This document shows positions 9,434 through 18,258 of a DNA stretch of 64,000 nucleotides, piece by piece. How positions within the stretch are numbered: position 1 is the stretch's first letter; each line of letters starts with the position of its first letter. The notes beneath the pieces are model-generated. The model saw nothing but the letters and a program-made list of their open reading frames with translations. It was not told the origin of the DNA and did no database searches. Source of the DNA: Candidatus Culexmicrobium cathedralense. Its GTDB lineage: Archaea; Thermoproteota; Methanomethylicia; Culexarchaeales; Culexmicrobiaceae. The stretch covers positions 288,001 to 352,000 of the forward strand of contig JANZKC010000001.1 of NCBI GenBank assembly GCA_025061115.1, given 5' to 3'. The position numbers and the translations under genes are program-made.

Positions 9434-10294
9434 ATGTTTACTGAATTAGGTGCGCTCCTAGCATACCAGCATATAAGTAAAACATCAATAATGATAGCTA
9501 AAATCAAGCAAGTAATTGCAACTAAAAAGTCCAAATACCAAAGAATCGAAATAGTTGAGCTAGAGGAATTTGGACGAGCACTAATATTGGACGGACTAAT
9601 CCAGAGCACGGAGGCAGACGAAGCTTACTATCATGAAAGCCTAGTACATCCAGCAATGACACTCCACCCAAACCCGAAGAAGGTTCTCATCATTGGAGGT
9701 GGAGAAGGAGCAACGCTAAGAGAAGTATTAAAACACAATACAGTTGAAAAGGCAGTAATGGTAGACATAGATGAAGAAGTAATAGAAATGTGCAGGAAGC
9801 ATCTAGTATCTATGCATCAAGGAGCATTCGACAACCCAAAATCAAAACTCATCATAACAGATGGATTAAAATACATAGAACAGACAAGCGAAAAATACGA
9901 TGTAATAATACTTGACCTGACAGATCCATATGCATCAAAAATAGCAAGTCAACTATATACGGAACAATTCTACAAAAGGATAAGCGCCAAGTTAAAAGGT
10001 GACGGAATAATGGTGACCCAAGCAGGAAACTCGTTCTTCTACCAAGAAGAATACTTCGAAGCCCTCAAATCAATAAAAGCAGTATTTCCAATAGTTAGAG
10101 AATATAACGTCTGGATACCATCATTCGCATATGCATGCAACTTCATCCTAGCATCAAAAAAGCATGACCCAAACAAATTAACGCAAAACGAAGTAAATAT
10201 TAGATTGAAGAAGAGAAGCGTCACCACAAAGTTCTTCAATGGAAAAACTTATATGGCAATGCTTAACATGCCAATATATAAAAATTTTAAATAA
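9434..10294 (+). CDS. speE: Polyamine aminopropyltransferase (spermidine synthase)
   Basis: KSKYQ, LDGLIQST, YHESLVHP, IIGGGEGATLRE, DVIILDLTDP. Confidence 0.95.
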   Translation: MFTELGALLAYQHISKTSIMIAKIKQVIATKKSKYQRIEIVELEEFGRALILDGLIQSTEADEAYYHESLVHPAMTLHPNPKKVLIIGGGEGATLREVLKHNTVEKAVMVDIDEEVIEMCRKHLVSMHQGAFDNPKSKLIITDGLKYIEQTSEKYDVIILDLTDPYASKIASQLYTEQFYKRISAKLKGDGIMVTQAGNSFFYQEEYFEALKSIKAVFPIVREYNVWIPSFAYACNFILASKKHDPNKLTQNEVNIRLKKRSVTTKFFNGKTYMAMLNMPIYKNFK

Positions 10295-10417
10295 AATCTA
10301 ATCAACTTTATCCAATAATAAACCTTAACGAAGCTATTAATAATCATACAATTAATTTATTAATAAGTGAATTAAAATAATTTCTTAAATGAAGAATGAA
10401 CTCGCAGAAAGTTAATT

Positions 10418-11404
10418 TTACTTATAAAGATGACATGACACTAATCTTCCGTCAACATCAATTAATTGAGGCCCCTCCTCGCTGCAAATTTTCATGGCAT
10501 GCGGGCATCTCGGGTGAAATCTGCATCCTGACGGCAAGTTAATGGGATTTGGAACTTCACCCTTAATTGGTATTTTACCTCTCTTATATGTTGGATCTGG
10601 AATTGGAACTGCAGCTATCAGAGCTTGAGTATATGGATGAAGTGGCTCTTGAATAACTTTTTCAGTTTCACCTAATTCAACTATTTTCCCCAAATACATT
10701 ATTGCAATTTTTTCACACATGTGCCTTGCCAGCGAAAGGTCATGAGTTATGAACAATATTGCAGTTTCATATCTTTCACGCTCTCTAAGCATTATCTTTA
10801 AAATTTCACTTCTAATTGAAACATCTAACATTGACACCGGTTCATCTGCAACTATGAATTTTGGCTTCAGAATAAAAGCACGTGCAATTGCAACTCTCTG
10901 CCTCTGTCCACCACTTAATTCATGAGGATATCTATAGAAGAACTCGCTTGGCGGAGTTAATTCTACTTCTTCAAGAGCATTATGCACTAATTCTTCCTCT
11001 TCGGAGGGATCCTCAACTATTCTTTGAACCCTCAACGGCTCAGCCAAAATATCATAAATAGTCATTCTGGGATTTAGCGATTCATATGGATCTTGAAATA
11101 TTATCTGTATGTATCTTCTTAATGGTTTAAGTTCCCTTGAACTTAAACTAGTAATGTCTTTTCTTTCAAAAAATATTTTACCGCCAGTTGGTTCAATCAA
11201 TCGCAATATGCACCTACCAGTAGTGGTCTTTCCACATCCAGACTCGCCTGCAAGGCCAAATATTTCCTTGGGACATATTTCGAATGATACTCCATCAACA
11301 GCTTTAACGTATAATTTCTTCCTACTTAAAAGAGTGTCAAGTAGTCCCCGCCTGATCGGAAACCACTTCTTTAAATCAACTACCTTTACTAATGGTTCAG
11401 CCAT
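10418..11404 (-). CDS. oppF: Oligopeptide/dipeptide ABC transporter ATPase (OppF/DppF)
   Basis: [22 protein letters not shown]-terminal GCRFHPRC. Confidence 0.92.
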   Translation of the reverse strand: MAEPLVKVVDLKKWFPIRRGLLDTLLSRKKLYVKAVDGVSFEICPKEIFGLAGESGCGKTTTGRCILRLIEPTGGKIFFERKDITSLSSRELKPLRRYIQIIFQDPYESLNPRMTIYDILAEPLRVQRIVEDPSEEEELVHNALEEVELTPPSEFFYRYPHELSGGQRQRVAIARAFILKPKFIVADEPVSMLDVSIRSEILKIMLRERERYETAILFITHDLSLARHMCEKIAIMYLGKIVELGETEKVIQEPLHPYTQALIAAVPIPDPTYKRGKIPIKGEVPNPINLPSGCRFHPRCPHAMKICSEEGPQLIDVDGRLVSCHLYK

Positions 11405-11408
11405 ACAA

Positions 11409-12365
11409 TCACCTTACCAAGTGGCAAGCAATTAAATGCTTATTTCCAATATCAATTAACTCGGGCTCCTCAACTTTACATTTATCAGTTGCATATTTGC
11501 ATCTTGGGTAAAAGCGGCATCCTAATGGCGGATTCAGCAGGTTTGGAGGCGACCCGGGAATTGAAATGAACGGCTTTTTAGGGCCCTTAAGACTTGGAAA
11601 AGCACCAATTAGCCCCTTAGTATAAGGGTGTTTTGGGTCTTTGAATATCGTATATACATCTGCGTATTCGACTATTTTCCCAGCATACATTATTGCTACT
11701 TTATTGCACATTTCAGCTATAATTGACAAATCATGGGTTATGAGTATCATTGATAACCCAAGTTTCTCCTTGAGGCTCTTCATGACATCCAGTACTTGAG
11801 CTTGAACAATTACATCCAATGCCGTGGCCGGCTCATCTGCTATAAGCAGTTTAGGATTACAAGCTAATGCCATCGCGATCATAGCTCTCTGCTTCATTCC
11901 GCCGCTGAATTCATGAGGATAATCATCAGCCCTAGAAGGATCAATGCCAACTAATTGCAGTAACTTTCTCGCCCTCTCCCATGCCTCTTTCTTATCGACA
12001 TCCGATTCATGAGCTAAAATTGCCTCTGCAATTTGATCCCCAATCTTCATCACAGGATTCAAGGCGTTCATTGCACCTTGAAATATCATTGCAATTTTCT
12101 TCTATCTAATTTTTCTAATATCTTCATCACTCAATTTTTCAATATTCATTCCCTCGAAAACAATTTCACCATCAACAATTCTGCCCGGAGGGGGGATCAG
12201 CCTAATTATTGATAAAGCAGTAGTCGTTTTCCCACAACCAGATTCACCTGCTAAACCGAGAACCTCACCTACATCAACGTCAAAGCTTACACCGTCAACA
12301 GCCTTAACGGCTCCTCTTAACGTGAAGTAATAGGTTTTCAGGTTTTTTACTTCCAATAATGGCAT
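11409..12365 (-). pseudogene. oppD: OppD/DppD ATPase interrupted by an in-frame TAG
   Basis: ORFs 12102-12365 and 11409-12089 share one frame: ATT AGA TAG AAG AAA ATT GCA ATG; the stop replaces the usual Trp of RWKKI.MIFQ. Confidence 0.85.
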
Positions 12366-12397
12366 TTCAATACCCCCAACAATTCAATCACTTCATG

Positions 12398-13339
12398 CTA
12401 GCGCCTCAATCTTAATCTTGGATTTAAAATTTCATCCAAAGCATGACCTATGAATATGAAGGATAGAACTACAAGCAAGATACATAATCCCGGAGGAATA
12501 ACGTACCACCAAGCTAGCTTTATCAACGCTTGATATTGATCTGCGAAGAATAGCATCATCCCCCAACTTATGTAATTTGGATCTCCCAAACCAAGGAAAC
12601 TTAATCCAGCTTCAATTAATATGGCGTTAGCTATGTTTATTGCAGTATTGACGTAAATTAATGGAGAAACGTTCGGCAATATATGACTGAAAATTATGTA
12701 GCCATCACCACAATCCACAGCCCTAGCCACTTCAACAAACTTCATCTCTTTAACGGATGGCACTTGCGATCTAATTATCCTGGCTATAGGTGGCCAGCTA
12801 GTTATGCCTATAACTGTGATTAAGTTCATAATGCTTGAACCTAGAATTGCTGCCAACACTATCATTAATGGCAGGCCGGGAATTATTAGCAGAATATCAG
12901 TGGTCCTCATAAGAACCTCATCAATTATTCCCCCATAATACCCCGATATTAAACCTATAATTGTTCCAATAAATATTGAGATAAACGCAGCTGAAAAGCC
13001 TATGAGAAGTGAAACCCTAGTTCCATAAATTATTTGACTAAACAAATCCCTACCCAATTCATCGGTTCCAAGCAGGCCAAAAACACTATCGTCTGAAACT
13101 GATTTATCGAAAAGCTTAATCCATGATGGTGGTGAAAATGGCTTAGCTACTCCAATTGACCTTATATCTGTAGGATTGTATGGAGCTATGTAGGGAGCAA
13201 AAATCGCTATTATGATGAAAAACGATATTAATGAGAAACCTATAACTCCAAACCTATTTCTAAAAAACATTTTGAAAAATTCTTTAAGGCCCCTAGCATA
13301 CCTATGCTTAATTCTTCTAAATCTTTTCTCGATAGACAT
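12398..13339 (-). CDS. oppC: Oligopeptide ABC permease (OppC/DppC)
   Basis: LGTDELGRD, EAGLSFLGLG, WGMML, ILNPRLR. Confidence 0.92.
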   Translation of the reverse strand: MSIEKRFRRIKHRYARGLKEFFKMFFRNRFGVIGFSLISFFIIIAIFAPYIAPYNPTDIRSIGVAKPFSPPSWIKLFDKSVSDDSVFGLLGTDELGRDLFSQIIYGTRVSLLIGFSAAFISIFIGTIIGLISGYYGGIIDEVLMRTTDILLIIPGLPLMIVLAAILGSSIMNLITVIGITSWPPIARIIRSQVPSVKEMKFVEVARAVDCGDGYIIFSHILPNVSPLIYVNTAINIANAILIEAGLSFLGLGDPNYISWGMMLFFADQYQALIKLAWWYVIPPGLCILLVVLSFIFIGHALDEILNPRLRLRR

Positions 13340-13356
13340 CTTAACTACCCCTTATA

Positions 13357-13507
13357 TCAAGCATATTTAATTCTCGGATCTAAAAAGCCGTACAGCAAAT
13401 CTGCAATGTAATTAGCTATTATAACTGAAATAGAAATAATTACGAAAGCTCCCTGCAGCACTGGATAGTCACGCATCATCATGGCATCAAATATTAATCT
13501 GCCAACA
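13357..13507 (-). pseudogene. oppB: 3' fragment of OppB/DppB permease
   Basis: Translates VGRLIFDAMMMRDYPVLQGAFVII...ADLLYGFLDPRIKYA*; the 5' part is missing. Confidence 0.85.
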
Positions 13508-13705
13508 ACCATTCATCCGCATCATTCTCCTACAAGGCCTAGGGCACGACTCCCATCACGCATAGGAGTTTAAGTAAATTTCAACAAGTAATAGGAGATT
13601 TCCCAGTATATTTTAAACAATGATAACTCATATGGCTATGCAAATCGCTTATTAGGTTCTTTATAGAGGGAAATATTTTTAAATTTTTTCCCTCTATGCT
13701 ATACT

Positions 13706-15001
13706 ATGATTAGTAGAGACACATTAATAAGATTGATAAAGGACTTTAATGAAAACCCATATCCAAGCGATTTAAAGGAGAGGTCACTAGGTATTCCGCT
13801 AGAAATTCCTTTAAGAAGAGCTATTTCAATAATAGGTCCTAGAAGAAGCGGAAAAACATACATGATGTTTCTTTTGATAAGAAGGCTCATTGAGAAAGGA
13901 GTAAAACCAAATAGAATTTTGTATGTTAATTTCGAGTCGTATAATTTGATAGGCGCAAAATTAAGTGACGCAAAAAGGCTTGTGGACGTATACTTTGAAA
14001 TTTATCCCGAGAATAGAAATAGGAAGGTATGGTTCTTCTTAGATGAAATACAAAACCTTGAGGATTGGGAAACATTCGTTAGAAGCTTAATCGATAAGGG
14101 AGGCATTTCAATTTATATTTCAGGCTCATCCTCCAAGCTTTTAAGTAGGGAAATCGCAACGCAATTAAGAGGAAGAACTATAAGCTATGAAATCTATCCC
14201 CTAAGTTTTAATGAATTTTTGGATTTTAAGGAAATTAAATTTGATAAATTCTTATCATCACGAGATAGGTCCAGAATAATTAATGCATTGAATGAATATT
14301 TAGAGTGGGGAGGTTACCCTGAAACTCTCCTATTTGATAAGGAGAAAATTCTAAGGGAAATACTGGAGGTCACCATCCAGCGAGATTTAATTGAAAGATA
14401 CAAGATTAGAAATGAAAAAATCTTAAAAATATTAATTAGGGCACTTGCCTACTCAAAGGAATTTTCAGTACACAAATTCTACAATTTCCTTAAATCAAGT
14501 GGATATAGAATTAGCAAAAACACCCTCTACAATTACATGGAAATGCTAAGCGATATACTCGTAATATTCCCAGTAAGAAAATTCTCCTCATCATATAAAA
14601 AAGAGGAAAGGTCAATACCGAAAATATATTTCGTCGATAATGGATTACTTAGAATTCAAGGCGTTGATAGTAGAAGCAAATTAATGGAAAACCTAGTTTT
14701 CATGCACCTACTGAGAGATTTTGGACGAAACAAAATATCTTATTATAAAACTATCAATGGACAAGAAGTTGACTTCGTAATTAGAGAAAACAGTAGAGTG
14801 AAACAATTAATACAAGTATGCTACGAAATTGAAGATTTTAATGTTAAGGAAAGAGAAGTAAAATCATTGCTAAGGGCAAGCAGAGATCTATCATGCAACA
14901 ACTTACTCATAATCACATACGACTACGAAGACGTCGAGAGAATTGGAAATCGAAAAATAATATTTAAACCTCTATGGAAATGGTTGCTAAAAATAAATTA
15001 A
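13706..15001 (+). CDS. AAA_14 / DUF4143 ATP-binding protein
   Basis: GPRRSGKT, FLDEIQ, SGSSSKLL, LRGR, GGYPE, EVDF nuclease-like tail. Confidence 0.9.
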   Translation: MISRDTLIRLIKDFNENPYPSDLKERSLGIPLEIPLRRAISIIGPRRSGKTYMMFLLIRRLIEKGVKPNRILYVNFESYNLIGAKLSDAKRLVDVYFEIYPENRNRKVWFFLDEIQNLEDWETFVRSLIDKGGISIYISGSSSKLLSREIATQLRGRTISYEIYPLSFNEFLDFKEIKFDKFLSSRDRSRIINALNEYLEWGGYPETLLFDKEKILREILEVTIQRDLIERYKIRNEKILKILIRALAYSKEFSVHKFYNFLKSSGYRISKNTLYNYMEMLSDILVIFPVRKFSSSYKKEERSIPKIYFVDNGLLRIQGVDSRSKLMENLVFMHLLRDFGRNKISYYKTINGQEVDFVIRENSRVKQLIQVCYEIEDFNVKEREVKSLLRASRDLSCNNLLIITYDYEDVERIGNRKIIFKPLWKWLLKIN

Positions 15002-15031
15002 AAAGCTTTACAGAACTATTATTTCTTCCTC

Positions 15032-16173
15032 CTTTCAATTCTCTTTTAATGAGATTCTTAGCTCCTTCGCTGATGGTGACGGAACGGACGCTACATGCTT
15101 TCAATTCTCTTTTAATGAGATTCGTAGAGTTACAGAGGAGAATCGTAAGACTCAGCAACCCTAACTTTCAATTCTCTTTTAATGAGATTCGGAAGTAAAG
15201 TTTATAAGTAAATGAGTAGTAGTAGAGGTCTTTCAATTCTCTTTTAATGAGATTCTTCAGAATTGCTAGAGTAGCTATAGCTATTCCCTTTAGCTTTCAA
15301 TTCTCTTTTAATGAGATTCTTCAGATATTTCTTGAGTGTATTGTTTGCAGACTCAACGTACTTTCAATTCTCTTTTAATGAGATTCAAGCTTCAGATGGA
15401 GAATGTACATTGTGAGCAAATTGTTCTTTCAATTCTCTTTTAATGAGATTCTTGCAAAAGAAATGTTTCCTGACAAATATGAAGATATAAGCTTTCAATT
15501 CTCTTTTAATGAGATTCTCAGTTACGAATTCAGTTGGCAGGATTTGATTCTCAACTCTTTCAATTCTCTTTTAATGAGATTCGAAAGTCTAGTCTTAAGG
15601 ATTAAGTCTGAGAACTCAGCTTTACTTTCAATTCTCTTTTAATGAGATTCTGATAGAACATTAAAAAACGTTATTACTGATGGTGGCATCTTTCAATTCT
15701 CTTTTAATGAGATTCATACTTTTTTAGAAGTGAGTTAGCACTCTCAACGTACTTTCAATTCTCTTTTAATGAGATTCAGCACTCTCTAGGTCTAAGCTGT
15801 CTTGACTCTATTCGAGCTTTCAATTCTCTTTTAATGAGATTCAGGCCAAGTTGGTTGTCGAATCCTCGAGTGTGAGATCCTCTCCTTTCAATTCTCTTTT
15901 AATGAGATTCTCTGATACTTCGGTCTTTTTCGCCGATATCGTTTGTCCAACTTTCAATTCTCTTTTAATGAGATTCTGTTTGATTCTGGCATAGGGCTAG
16001 AAGCTATATCATTAGCTTTCAATTCTCTTTTAATGAGATTCAAAAACCTCGACAAAGTCTTCAGAAACGCCCACATAGTAGGACTTTCAATTCTCTTTTA
16101 ATGAGATTCTGGTATGAGCTTTTCTAGCATCTCTAGATTCATTCCTACTTTCAATTCTCTTTTAATGAGATTC
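15032..16173 (-). CRISPR. CRISPR array 1: 18 repeats, 17 spacers
   Basis: 26-bp repeat CTTTCAATTCTCTTTTAATGAGATTC, counted by hand; minus-strand repeat ends ATTGAAAG; leader on the right. Confidence 0.98.
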
Positions 16174-16314
16174 CGAAAGTTTTTATTTTGTGTATTTAAA
16201 GTGGTTCTTCATTTGATTATGTTTCATTTTTCTGCTATATAGTTTGTCATCATTTATCATCGCAGAAGGTTGATGGGCTGATGGAATTGATGATAATTTT
16301 TCTGCAATGGTGCC
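16174..16314 (-). promoter_or_regulatory. CRISPR leader 1
   Basis: AT-rich, TTTAAATA box on minus strand; aligns with 46586-46726 and 55263-55403. Confidence 0.85.
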
Positions 16315-16504
16315 ATAAGGTTACAATTCTATAAGATGTTCTTTAATGACAACAGACATGTTTTATGTCATTACTGCTAAAATCACGAAATATAAACTGA
16401 TCTGCTTTTAAGCGACGCATTATAAAGTTATGTGGGACTTCTAACCTGTTAGTTTTAATTAATAGCATGTTTATTGCTAATTGATTTTTCACTTGCTTCA
16501 CGCT

Positions 16505-17365
16505 TCAAATTTTTGGCTGATATTTTATTACTCCAAAACCAGCAGTTCTATTTGCGCCTACATTACTATATTCCCCAAATCTCAGAAGTGCATCTGTTGT
16601 TTTTGCCAGTTCTTTATTATAAGTGTCTTCTGGAAGATTGAAGTATACTTTACCTATGAAGCCAACGCTCCACTTTGGAATTGTTGGATGCTCATAGATT
16701 CGAATTGTTTTGAGTTTAGGGATTCCTGCGATTGCAATTCCTCCTAGTAGAAGCCACTCAACGTATTCTTTAAATTTTAAATTAACTCCTGTAAATGCTT
16801 TCCATAGTCTTAGTAGATTTCTTAACATCAAATATGGATCGGGCATTGGCACGTACCTGTAATGCTTCGCCTTACTAATATGCGGACAAGTTGTTTTTGG
16901 AATTGGACAGTATGGACAACATGCTCTGATGAAACTCTGTCTAAAAAGTGTTGGAGTTTTAAATATTATTGAGAATTTTGTTATCGGCTCTGCATTTTTT
17001 ACAAGTTTTTTAGTATCGATACACACTATTGAAACTTCTAAAGGTTGAAGCTTTAATACATCTAAATTTAAGATAGAACCAAGTGGCAATTTTAGGATAT
17101 AATTTGATAGTTTTTGACTTAATTTTTCATCTAAGATAGTTATTTTCATGTATGCGGTATGGGATGTTTTTCTCTCTTTATATATAGGAGTTACAGCTAT
17201 TGGAGCTAACTTTTTGGCTTCGTGCAACTTTGTCGCTAGGTCTTCATCAACTTCCCTTAAGATCTTATAAATTAGTCCACGTATTTTAAATCCAGTAAAT
17301 GTTTTTTGCTTTTTTACTTCATTTATTATTGCGGACTTGATTGTTAATTGAGTTATTAGGCCCAT
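16505..17365 (-). CDS. cas6: Cas6 crRNA processing endoribonuclease
   Basis: FKTPT.FR, GFIGKVYF, Gly-rich NVGANRTAGFG. Confidence 0.92.
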   Translation of the reverse strand: MGLITQLTIKSAIINEVKKQKTFTGFKIRGLIYKILREVDEDLATKLHEAKKLAPIAVTPIYKERKTSHTAYMKITILDEKLSQKLSNYILKLPLGSILNLDVLKLQPLEVSIVCIDTKKLVKNAEPITKFSIIFKTPTLFRQSFIRACCPYCPIPKTTCPHISKAKHYRYVPMPDPYLMLRNLLRLWKAFTGVNLKFKEYVEWLLLGGIAIAGIPKLKTIRIYEHPTIPKWSVGFIGKVYFNLPEDTYNKELAKTTDALLRFGEYSNVGANRTAGFGVIKYQPKI

Positions 17366-17367
17366 TG

Positions 17368-18258
17368 TTATGTTTCCTCCAATCGGAATATATGATTTGG
17401 AATCTCAGATAGCGCTATCAAGTAGCGTTTTAGGGTAAAGTTTTTAACAACTTGTTTGGGTGCATCTTCAAAGTCAGTCCAGTTAACTTTCTTTGCCTTA
17501 TAAACCCAGTATTCGCTCCTAGCTGATGCAGCTCGATTGTCGCAAATGTAAATTATCTTGTAGAGCGCGAGTGCTGCAGGTAAAGCTAGGTTTGTAGGTG
17601 TTAATTTGACGATTTCAAGCTTTGAAAGTAATGGTTTTCCAGATAACTCCTCAGCCTTCTCTATGGCACTATAGAGTACTGAATTAAGAAAATCAAGTTT
17701 TATTACTTTAATTAATTTAGATAGATTTTCATAAAAAGTGTAAAGTATTTTTTCGTTGAATTCTGCTTTTATTTTACTTGGAACTGTCTGATGTATACTG
17801 ATAACTCCTAACAGGCGTTCAACGTCTTTCCAGTGAAAAGCTTCATGGTGAAATAATATTGCATATGATATAATTGGCTTAGCGGCACCTTCAACAACTT
17901 TAGAAGCTATTATTGATGAAACTATGTTGTGTGGAGCCTTACTCGGCTTGCCTTTTCTGTAGCTGTTGGTGAGTTTTCCAAAGTCGTGAAGTAGTACTGC
18001 TGTTAAAGTTAGGTTCCATGGATTTTTAACGTTGCATTTACTAAGCAATCTTTCAATTGGCTTAGAATAGTATTTGGCTATAAGGATAGCTTCAATTAAG
18101 GATAATGCAATATGAGCAATGAGACAACCAGTCGGCTTCCCATCAAATATGTATGATGGAGTTTCTTGATAAATGCATGTTTTGCAATTAGTTTTACTCC
18201 CAAATAACTCAGAAAAAACTTTGTTCAACACTTTACATTCACGTGGCTTGCTAATCAT
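17368..18258 (-). CDS. cas3'': Cas3'' HD nuclease
   Basis: LHDFGK, HNIVS, ILFHHEA, ICDNRAA. Confidence 0.88.
   Translation of the reverse strand: MISKPRECKVLNKVFSELFGSKTNCKTCIYQETPSYIFDGKPTGCLIAHIALSLIEAILIAKYYSKPIERLLSKCNVKNPWNLTLTAVLLHDFGKLTNSYRKGKPSKAPHNIVSSIIASKVVEGAAKPIISYAILFHHEAFHWKDVERLLGVISIHQTVPSKIKAEFNEKILYTFYENLSKLIKVIKLDFLNSVLYSAIEKAEELSGKPLLSKLEIVKLTPTNLALPAALALYKIIYICDNRAASARSEYWVYKAKKVNWTDFEDAPKQVVKNFTLKRYLIALSEIPNHIFRLEET

Noticed and set aside
15583-15624. Spacer encoding ESLVLRI, similar to a spacer at 54606-54645 encoding EGLVLKI
   Set aside because: Only 7 overlapping residues of common amino acids; insufficient to claim a shared target
14964-15642. ORFs inside array 1 (and 52901-53840 in array 2)
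   Set aside because: Translations of CRISPR repeats (FQFSFNEI / FNSLLMRF)
16319-16350. Repeat-like words (CAATTCT...TTTAATGA) between leader 1 and cas6, possible CreA-like RNA
   Set aside because: Wrong spacing and low identity in AT-rich DNA; no second repeat
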